DNA of 64,000 nucleotides, from positions 496,001 through 560,000 of the forward strand of contig JAHLTZ010000015.1 of the NCBI GenBank assembly GCA_025786725.1, given 5' to 3'. Made by a program: the position numbers and the translations under genes. Origin of the DNA: Syncephalis fuscata S228. Its lineage: Eukaryota > Fungi > Zoopagomycota. The notes under the pieces are model-generated. The model was not told where the DNA came from. It made no database searches and worked only from the letters and a program-made list of their open reading frames with translations. This document shows, in pieces, positions 53,522 through 64,000 of the stretch; within the stretch, counting starts at the first letter, position 1; each line of letters opens with the position of its first letter.

Positions 53522-54720
53522 ATGGACAATCGTCCACTACCACCTGGCTGGTAAGTAATTGGTGTTGGTATAGAAGCATACTTACAGTAGAATAGGATAA
53601 GCCAATTCGATCAAGGTAGCAATCGGTATTTTTATGTTGGTAAGTACAGACATATATTCAGTATTAAAAATATAGATATTGATATGGTTATATGTGTTTA
53701 TTATGTTTAATAGATACTGCTACAGGACAGTCGTCATGGGATGATCCACGACCGGCATTCTATGCTGCTCAACCACCTTCGAGTGGTCATAGTGCCACAC
53801 CAGTAGGCAATACGCCTTCTGGTATGCCAATGAGTATGCCCAATGCTGACGATTCAGCATCACCACCACCCGCCTATCCAAATATGTCTGGTCCGGGCTA
53901 TCCACCAGCTGGACCGTCACATAGCAATACAAATGGCAATTCATCGTCGGAAAAGACGTCGTATCCTCCTGCAGGAGCTCCACTTCAAGGAGGTCCGCCA
54001 CCCATGCCTGGCTATGGTACTAGCGCTACACCAGGCTACGGCGCTCCTCCTGGATATCAAGGAGCAGGAGGAGCAGGACCGTCAGGCTATGGCACACCAC
54101 CACCACCTCCGGGCCAACAAGGCTATGGTATGCCACCAGGACAGCCAGGCTACGGTGCACCACCGCCTCCTCCGGGTCAACAAGGCTATGGTATGCCACC
54201 ACCAGGACAGCCAGGCTATGCGAGTGAGCCTCAAGCTAATGCTTATTATGGAGGTGCTCCTCCACCTGCAGGCCAGGCTGGAGCCGATGCAGATAAGATG
54301 GGCATGGGCAAGATTGCCGGATTAGCCGCTGGTGCTGGTGGCATTGGTCTTCTTGGCAGTATGCTTGCTAATAGCAATAAACCACACGGTAGCAGTGGTG
54401 GTGGTGGCTTTATGGGCAATATGATGGGTGGTGGCCATAATCAACACGGTAGCAGTGGTGGTGGCTTTATGAGCAATATGATGGGTGGTGGCCATAAGCC
54501 ACCAAAGCCGCAAAAACCTTCTAGCGGCGGTAACTCGCTAGCTATGGGTGCCATGGGTGTAGTAGGTGGCGGTGCACTTGGCTACGCGGCCGCACATATG
54601 ATGGGTGGTGGCAAGAAGCATAAAAAGCATCATAAGCACAAGGGCTGGAAAGGATTCAAAGGCAAAGGCTGGAAGGGATTCAAAGCTAAAGGCTGGAAAG
54701 GATTCAAAGGCTGGAAATAG
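53522..54720 (+). CDS. WW-domain, Gly/Pro-rich protein with a basic KGWKGF-repeat tail
   Basis: Spliced N-terminus MDNRPLPPGW|ISQFDQGSNRYFYV|DTATGQSSWDDPR is a WW domain. GYG/PPP repeats follow. Confidence 0.85.
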
Positions 54721-55605
54721 TAGTGAATTACCATTATTGTGTTATTAATCTATGTCATCGACCTGATACATAATGTTAATACATTATAGTGTGTTGTTTG
54801 TTAATAATATAATATGATATTCCACACTTAATAACAACAATTAATACAAAAACGTTGTTGATTATTGGTAATAAATTTAGTTTAATCGTTATTAGATGAC
54901 ATTATTGTGCAAAGTGTAATTTTTGATTGTCAACACCATTCATTTAATTCATTGTAGACCACAAATACATGTTTGCACACACAAAATAAAGTATAATGAT
55001 CAGTTTAACACATCCTTAATAACATCGTGGAAATGACCACAAGAGTACGACAATTAGATCCAACAAATAATGAATACAAAAGAATAGACAGAAAAAGAAT
55101 AGACATTGCCAATAAGACACAAAGTTGCTGCTATTGCTATTGCCGTGTATCGATATCGACATAGCTATACAATATGAATGCCATGTCCTATCTTTCTATC
55201 TTTCTATCAATGTTTACACTTTGATAGGCAATCATTTAATTGATCGATTGAAAGAAAAGATAAAGGATAGGATTGGACTATGACAAACATAAGTAGTAAT
55301 AGTCGTTGTCAGCGCTATCGTTGTACTGATTGCACTTGCGACATAGGCAATAGCAGCAGCAACTGTATATGGTTAGGCAACTACACACGCCATGGAAAAA
55401 ACAAGGTAAATGCGGTGGTGTTAGATTAGAGAGACGTGTACGTATAGGTATGTATATATGAATGACGTGTTCAATGTCAGTTCTTTATCTATGCTTCTTT
55501 CCGCTATTCCCGTATCGTTCTTCTAGCTGGTATCGTCGTTGTTGTCACTCTTGTGGTCACGGTAGTTGTTGTTGTTGTTCACAGTACACATGGTGTGCTG
55601 CTAGA

Positions 55606-56665
55606 TTAGCAGCAGCCACCGCCACCTTGTTGGCCGATTGTTTGGCCTGCGCCCACCTTAACCGTTGATTTGCCTGCTTGATTTGACATCGTTTGGCTGC
55701 CCATTCGGTCCTTGATCTGCTTGGCCATGGTAAGGAAAGCTTGTTCGACGTTTGTAGCATTTTTAGCCGATGTTTCAAGGAACGGAATGTTAAGCTGATC
55801 TGCGCAGTCCTTGGCCGTGGCATATTCAACCGCCTTCTTGCCTTCGAGATCGCTTTTATTGCCCACTAGAAGCTTGTTAACACCTTCACATGCATAACGA
55901 TCGATTTCTTGCAGCCACTGCTTGACATTGGTAAATGTATCGGCATCGGTAACGTCATACACGACAATGATACCATGTGCACCACGGTAATACGAACTGG
56001 TAATTGTACGGAAACGCTCCTGGCCAGCAGTATCCCACTATAGTTGTCATAAATATACGTGTTATTGTTAGTTAAATGTCCATGACAACTGCCATGTTTA
56101 CTAGCCGTTTATAATTAATCACTTACAATCTGCAATTTTACAGTCTTGCCTTCAAGTTCAATGGTACGAATTTTCTACACAATAAATGATTGATTAATAA
56201 TTAGATCTAGTCAACTCATACCACATCGACATGCTTATAGATTACACTATTCAAGCTGCTAATAACTCTGACTCATCAAACAAACTACTTGATCTATTTA
56301 CTTACAAAGTCCACACCAATGGTACTAATATAGCTCTCTGTATAAGTGTCATCGGCAAAACGAAGCAATAGACAGGATTTGCCCACACCAGAGTCACCAA
56401 TAAGCAAAAGCTTAAAGAGATAGTCGCTAAATAATAAATATATATATAAATATTAGTAAATAATCATGTAAATAACGTCTAATTTAATAGAGTAACTGTG
56501 TAAGTCAACAAGCCACTGGTCATTTCATCCAATAGCTACACTTGTACTAGTTCTATTACTAGTACAAGCATATATACAGATTATATATATGGCCATTTAT
56601 CTTAAACAGATTACTCGTATAGGCCCAGCGCATTAGACTATTTATACTTACTATTCGGGGTTCAT
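55606..56665 (-). CDS. YPT1: Rab1/Ypt1 GTPase
   Basis: MNPEY|[72 protein letters not shown]-terminal CC. Confidence 0.97.
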
Positions 56666-57914
56666 ATTGTCGTAGTGGAAGTGTTAAAGGCGGTAGACTA
56701 GCGGATACTTTTGAAAGTAGACTGTAAATAGCGGTAACACTCACTATGTTCAAAGGCAGTTGAGAAAAGTAGAAATAACAGGATGCGCACACAAACACAC
56801 AAACAAACAGCGCGTTGATAATCCAATTCAAAATGAGAATACAGTCGGTTATTGACAGCAATCGAGCGCCAAGAGTAAAAGTGATGAAGAGCGAAAGATG
56901 AACGAAGGAGAACAAAGTGTGTGTGTATGAATGTTGATGTGGATGTAAGTGGGTCGGTTGATTAGCTGCTATCTTTCCAATAGTCAGTTCCCATTATCAA
57001 TTTAGACCAATCATTGATCATTCTGGCGTCATCCATTGCACCACTCACCCACACACACACACCTACACGCCTATATGCGTACACACACTCAATTTTATCA
57101 ACGACTACTATATGGCTATATGCATATATATATTCATATAGATATATTTCTATCTATCTAATATATATATATATATTGCTACATATATATATGTGCTTAG
57201 GTAGAGAAAAAAGTGATATCTATCTACTTTTCTTACTGCTTTACTAATCGTTTACAGCATAGCTCATCATGGATATGCATATATTATACCATTTCATACC
57301 ACTTACCTAAACTGTATTTTTAATATAGATACGATTATCACGTAGAATATAGTAGTAGACAGTAAACAAATAAGCACAAGTATATCCGTATAAGTAGTCA
57401 CACTAAGATGGCAACTGTAGAAACAATAAAGATGTAAGTGATTTAGACTAGCAATCACAAAAGTTAAAGGTCAATAGAACGAGGATGAAGACGAAGAGAC
57501 AAATAGAATGAAGAGTCAAGGTAAGCAGTAGTTAAAGTAGTAGAAATAGAAGTAAAAGTAAAAGTAAAAGTAGGAGTAGAAGAAGGGAGAAAGGGTCAAT
57601 TGAGGAAATATTTATTAGTAATAGCATTAACATACAGACTATTAAATAGTTAAAGGATGATTAAATCAATAAATGTGTAATACAGCTGTGTCAGTCATTG
57701 TTACATCATACAAACGAGTGTATAAAAAGGGGACCACGTCCTTACTGTCCTTTATTTATTAAAAACAATAAATGCTAGTATGCTACTAGGAGAGAAGATA
57801 GAGAGAGTGTGTGTGTGCGTGTGTGAGTATACTAAGCTATAAAAATATCGTATTTTGCTTTTTCCATTACGTTGTTGTTATACTTGTCGTTGTCACGCCG
57901 TTAATATATTACTA

Positions 57915-58843
57915 CTACGTGCTTACAGCATGTACAAAGCCGGCCAAGGTACGCGATGCATATCGCAGTATTTCTCGTCGAAATAACACTTCAGTCGCTA
58001 CATCATCGGCCAGTTCAATGACCCATTCTGTAAGACTGGGTGATAGGCGCGGTACTGCACCAAGATTAACCGCTGAGGGACTCTGTGTTGGATCAACAAT
58101 AATTTCGGAACAGGATCGTTTAATAGCGGCAAATTCCAATTCAACACGTGAGCGATATTTATCAAAATGCTGACCGGCTTGACCAAGACAGTGGTAGAAT
58201 AGCGCGAGTTGATGCGCTACATACTTGTGATTGGGTAGTCGAAGTGAATCCTTTAGTTGCAATGAAATGGCCACCAATTGGTGCATAGTAGACATACGGG
58301 CAAAATGATCTACACACAGTTACCATTACCGTCGATAATGAGTAAATATTAAATACTGCTGATTATCATGTGACTCTCCTGCTTACCACGAATTGTTGAA
58401 GAGCGATCTTGGTCGGTTGTAGAGGACAGGTCCTCAATGCCTAACCGAGTGGCGGCTTTAGGAAATAGAGATGCTAGACCCACTTCTGTAATATAGGTCT
58501 ATATCAATAGAAAGATTGTTAGATGAATAAACTACGCTGGATGCTATTTACTTGAATAGAACGGCCTGCCTCATCATGCTGCTCTACAAGTGCACGCAAC
58601 GCGGTCGATAAACGTACTGTCTCGCGTTCTTCAACAGGTGGTTGCTCTTGGAACACCGTTTCAGCCGACTGTTTGCTAGTGATTAGCACGAGATGTCTGC
58701 CTATATACACGCATATAGCCATTTACCTGCTCTTGTTGTTCAAGTCGCATAAGTGCTAGTTCAAGATCGGTCATCAACGATAACGCTTGAAAGCCTAGAC
58801 GCTTTCTCTTAGATGCCGGTTTCACTACTAGCGGGTCTTGCAT
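57915..58843 (-). CDS. Hypothetical protein (4 exons)
   Basis: Coding-like ORF pieces joined by GT-AG introns. No family recognised. Confidence 0.55.
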
Positions 58844-59222
58844 ATGCGTTTCAACTGAAAACACCGAATGATTGGTGGAGGTTCATATGGGCAGATAGCC
58901 CACTTACCCGCTACTACATTGTCCACGACACCATGGACGCTGACTAAAGGCATACTATTTGCTAATTTACTCATCTTGCTTAATACACAAAATATTGGAG
59001 GAAATAACGAGGATAAGAGCGAGCGAGAGCGATAAAGAGAGAGAAAGAGAAAGAAAAGGAAAGGACTGTGACGTGATTTGCTGCCAAGAACTTGTTCAAA
59101 AGTGAATCATAAAACATGCTCCATAGATAGATTAAAGCGATAACGATAGATTGATAGACTGGCACTCAAGAAATAGATCACCGTGATGGTGCATAAGGTA
59201 GAGTAACCCATGGTATTAATAA

Positions 59223-61119
59223 TTAATTACTATTATTATCAGTATTATCGTCATTAATAACCGATATAGATACAACGGAGTGGGCTGTTTCTTGTGATGG
59301 TGGTGGTGGTAATGATACGGGCGGGGAAGAGGAATTATTTTGTTCTTTAAATGCTGTAATGGCTGCAGTATAGGCATCACTAGATTCAATATCTTGCGCG
59401 ATACATAATAATTGACGTAGATTTGAATTCTCTGCTTGTAATTGTGCACGTTCCAATTGTTCTTCATCATCGAGGGCATATTGCGTGTGTACAGCATATC
59501 GAACTCGATTGCCAAGTCGATCGAGTGCCGTTTTTAGCCTAGTCATTTCTTGATCCATAATCATCGTGCGTTTCTATTAATAAAATACAATTATTTGATT
59601 AGTGTTTTAATTTCATTTCATTTTATCAACTTACTTGTTCTACTAAAAGAGCACAAGTATGAGCACGTCGCATTTCACCCATAGCATGTTGAACTGTAAA
59701 CTATTCAATTGTTAGTATATATTGTTGTTAGATGAATGTATTATTTACTTACAGTTTGTGCTCTAAATCGATCCATGATTGTTTCGAGTGCTCGTTCATG
59801 TTCTTTTACAATACTAGTGAGTTCACGTGTCTCATCCTCTAGTAAACAATTTCGTTGTCGTAATCGAGTATTTTCCATTTGTAGTTGGTCTATTTAATGG
59901 ATTCATTCGTTTAATCACTAGTATATTAATTAATTTAATTATAACTTACTTATTTCGGCCGGTGTTGGTATGAAGGCTGATTCCGTATGCTGTAAGTTGT
60001 TGGCCATGACTGTAGTCTGGTTACTACCACCAACACTACCACTACCAATACTGCCATTGATATGGACTACAGATGGTTGACGAGAACGCTAGATGCAAGT
60101 TAATAAATACTATTGCTATTATGCTATAATTGTCCCCCTACCACCATGCACTGATCGGCTCTTCGTCGTAAATCGTCTAAATTACGCTGATTTCGTGATA
60201 GAAATGACGATAATTGTCCCGTAAGATGCCATATTTTATGCATATTTTTGTCATCCATTGGTTGAGTGGTTGACGTCGTTGGGATACTTTTACTACGTTC
60301 ATGGCCATTATTAGGTGATTTTGCCTCTGTCTTAGTAGATTTGGGTGGTGAATTTGTTGCCACGGCAGTTACCATCGATGCATCTGTCTTAATACTCGTA
60401 AGAGGTGCTGATGCAGTTGCTGTAATAGCCGATACTTGAGCAATAGCACTATCCAATGTCATATCTTTAGTCGGTGATGTGGATAAAGATGTACTAGTAG
60501 AGGTTGACACACTATGTTCACTAGACAATAGAGTACTATCTACACTATGTTCACTGCCACTATTGCTACTAGCATCACTATCTTCGTTAGTGGCATTATT
60601 TGTAGATAAAAGTATATTGGGTACAGTATGCATATCCATATGATCATCCGATGATGTTGGTGATGGCAGGGCAATAGCGGCCATGGTGGTTGTCGGTGTT
60701 GTTTGTGACGAGTCGTCAATAGTATGACTGTCGTCAGAAGGCGTAGAAGTAAAGAATGTCAATGTTGCTGGTTTGTTTGACGCGTCAATCGCTGTAGTTA
60801 TTCCTATTGGTACATCAGCGGTGGTAGTAGCGGTAGTAGAAGTAGGAGTAGTAGAAGTAGTAGTAGAAGCTGCTGCTGCTGCTGCTTGTGCTGCATTACG
60901 CTCATCCGCTTCTACTGCTGTCCGTACCGATAATGCAGCAGATGTTTTACTCGAAGTAGAAGGTGATATAGCACCAGCTGGTGTTGCATCGACCGCTGTC
61001 ACAGGTGCAGCAGTTGTAGTAGCAACTACAAGAGCGGGATTACGCTTTGCATTGGACCGTTTACGTCCATTCTTGCGCCGTCCCGACGATCCAGTATTTG
61101 AAGACTGAGATGAAGACAT
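59223..61119 (-). CDS. SIKE/FGFR1OP2-like coiled-coil protein (probable STRIPAK subunit) with a long S/T-rich N-terminus
   Basis: ETRELTSIVKEHERALETIMDRFRAQ and AQLQAENSNLRQLL resemble the SIKE/FGOP2 motifs ENxEL..LEEHQ.ALELIMSKYR and LxxENxxLRxxL. Confidence 0.65.
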
Positions 61120-61629
61120 GATCAATGATTACGACTAGCAAATAGATGGTAGCAACGAACAAACGTGTGAATCTAGCCGTAAGTATCGATAAGTAGCAAG
61201 AAATACGTCATATACCAAAATGTAAGTAAATAGATAAAATAATAAGGCAGTGTTATATAAATACTAAGTAGTAAATAATAACAATAATAATAATTTAGTA
61301 ATTTTATTTATTTTAAAATATTACACTATTAATTATATTCATCCTTATAAAACTAAATTTTAATAATAATAATAATAATAACTATAGCTATATAGATATA
61401 TATAGTAAATGCAAAAATAGGACAATTGAATTAATCTGCAATGATAATCACTACTAATAAATCTAATCGATTTACATTTATGCGTGTGCTTACCCCCCAC
61501 TCATCTACACTGCCCAATACAATATATAATACAAATCGTATAATACATTACTGTATTGACAATAGTAAACAATACTCAAAAGTGACCAATATCATCACTA
61601 TTAAGAGTTACCTGGTCATGTTACTTGCC

Positions 61630-61661
<32 letters not shown>

Positions 61662-61676
61662 AGAGATATACAGCGC

Positions 61677-64000
61677 CTATAATGGACCGGTCAAGTTAAA
61701 CCATAGACTATTAAGGGGCAAATAACGCTTTGCCTCATTCAACAAGCAAGTTAAATCGCTTTCACTCTTGTTACTTGTCTCCATTGTCATCGATGATCCA
61801 TTAACCTGTCGGTATTGGTGCCATTTCATATAGGCTAGACGTCTGTTTAATGAATTGATATCACACAATTAGTTCCAACATCTATACAGTTAATCATGAA
61901 ATGAGCCCACATAGTCCACAATGCCTGATCCCAAGGAAATCTTGATAGTGCACCCATTAGTTGGCGCTCTATCTTCTTTCTTTTCTTCTTTGTCTCGCCT
62001 GTATCCTCGAGGGCCATCGTATAAAGTAGTCTAGTTATTTTATCAACGATTATTCTTTGATTTACCGGTTTCTTACAATCGCCAATAATGCACATTATCT
62101 TTTAATAAATAGTGCAAATGAGGTCCAATCGTCTTCCATCCCGTGCTTAATGATAGCGATAATGAAGGCAGTGTATATTCATTTAACAGCTCATTAACAA
62201 ATGTCCAATCCTACATATATACATATAGCCGTGTATGGTCAATGAATACCCCAATTAATTCTTTTCTATTCTTTACCTTTAATGGAATAAAGTTGGCTTT
62301 TGTTACATTGCCGACTGGATTGTACAAGTGTACAAAACTATGCGTTAGTTGTGGTATAGCTTGTTCTAGTAATTTCTGTATAAATAAATTCTTATTTTCT
62401 TTATCTTGCTCTGAAATGGATCCTGTAGATCTGTGTTTAATTGCCCATTCTATAAATCTATTATATAATTAGACTATTTCTAGTATGCCAGTATCATTGT
62501 GCTTACATCTTCCAAATTACGACTAATGTACCTTCCCATTCATATTCCATTCGATTTGATGAAGATGGGGATGATTTTATGGCCGTAATCATTTCATTAA
62601 ATAGATTGACCGTTGTTTCAGTATCATTGAGTGACTGTACACCCGTCAATTGAAGAAAGAGTAAATAGTTTAGCCATAAATAAATGTCTGTTCTTGTTGA
62701 AGCAATACTAATCCCTTCTCTAGGTGATATTAGATCAATTGAAGTTGGATAGCCTAATAATTTGCGATAGAGTCGTCCTATTTGCTGTGGACTGTCACAG
62801 CTAACCGATAAAGACTGTTCATCAAAGTAACAGCGAACACAATTACCCAGTTGAACTAGTAATTCATCGCGTATTTTAGGATCATTGTCTTGATTCAGTG
62901 TTATATAGGCCATAATCCATCGATGATATAAAAAATTGGTACCCATTTGTTTAAATCTTGATTCTTTAGTCGATGTATTTAAAGACCAACATTGATGTTG
63001 TTCCAAGGTCTGTTGTTGAATCGAATCTAGTAATATATCTGTATGATGCTTCAACTATATATATATATATATATATATATTAATTAATTAGTTATTCAAA
63101 TAGTTAAATAGTTACTTACATCTGGTTCAATATCTAATCGTAATTCTATTAGTGCAGGATCTGACCATCGATTAAAAGCCACTTTTCTAACAATATCTTG
63201 TATTTCTTGATTTGATAATTCAAATGTCTTTGTTAAATGAAGGCCATTTCGAGCTGCTGCTATAAATGCCAATAGCAATTGATCCGTTCCATTAACCTTC
63301 AAGTTATCTCTATTCTTAATTGCACCAAGATGCTTTAATAAAGCAACCCATGTAAGATATACACTTCCTAAAAGTGAATTAGAACAATCGGATGACAGCT
63401 CTGATGATAAGGGCAGATTATTTAACCGATCATATCGTAATAGTAAAAGTCGATCAATCGTTACAAAGCTATTAGGTGCAGCGTAGAATAGATAATCCTG
63501 TGGAAGTTGTCGCCATAATAATAAATGAACATAAATGGTAATGACAAGTGTAAGGTGAATAGGCGTTAATAGTTTTACTAGTTTTCGACCTCCATCGATA
63601 GGTTGTATCGTTAAAGATGGTAATTTTGATAACTGTTTATCGCCAGCTATTAACAATACAAGATCTGCTTCATCTTTACATTCAAGCAGAGCATATAATG
63701 TAATAATTGCCATATCGGCACTACCTGTAGTTAGGACAAGTACTATAATCTGCATAATAATATCTAATAAACGATGTGATCGTTGTGAAATATCTAATAT
63801 ACACGTAAATATCGACATCATATTAGCCATAGTAATTAACAACTGACCTATTTCTGGTGTATTTAAAAGTAAATTCTCTGTCATCTCTTTTAATATTATT
63901 CGCTTCTTTGGCACTGTCTCTTCCCATAAATAATATCTATTATAATAGATTAGTATTTGTATATTGCATAATATATACCGCATACCTCCATCGAATACTC
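61677..64000 (-). CDS. Helical-repeat (HAT-like) protein, probably the ZFC3H1/Red1-like C-terminal half (5' part outside the window)
   Basis: SHRLLDIIMQ...TGSADMAI, YVHLLLWRQLP, YLWLNYLLF and ALSRFPWDQALW resemble the ZFC3H1 C-terminal region. Assignment is from memory of the family. Confidence 0.5.

Overview
AT-rich, intron-dense eukaryotic DNA. It looks like an early-diverging fungus; Zoopagomycota/Syncephalis-like is my inference. The window holds about 20 multi-exon housekeeping genes (MAK10, PIG-H, AAR2, RRP6, CaMK, kinesin-13, ALG9, SDR, WD40, HEM3, Myb/trihelix, STK32, heme-thiolate peroxidase, SLC35F, VPS11, AlkB, WW protein, YPT1, SIKE-like, ZFC3H1-like). Three AT-rich repeat islands interrupt them. 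The main discovery is two paralogous secreted-peptide genes invisible to the ORF track: 16619-18507 (minus) and 44456-45580 (plus). What looks like an 83-86 bp minisatellite is an array of GT-AG introns, each separated by a variable 3-nt, phase-1 micro-exon. Joining all exons gives a signal peptide, a Kex2-type propeptide (RR...KR) and a mature peptide written almost codon by codon: GGAPFGFGQGKSH in copy A and APQDGEE in copy B. A tRNA-derived SINE sits in one array intron. The islands also contain a decayed Fanzor (TnpB-like) C-terminus and three copies of its conserved 3' non-coding tail (candidate omegaRNA). Two of those copies flank an F-box-like pseudogene in inverted orientation. About 11 single-base frameshifts in conserved genes are most likely assembly errors.
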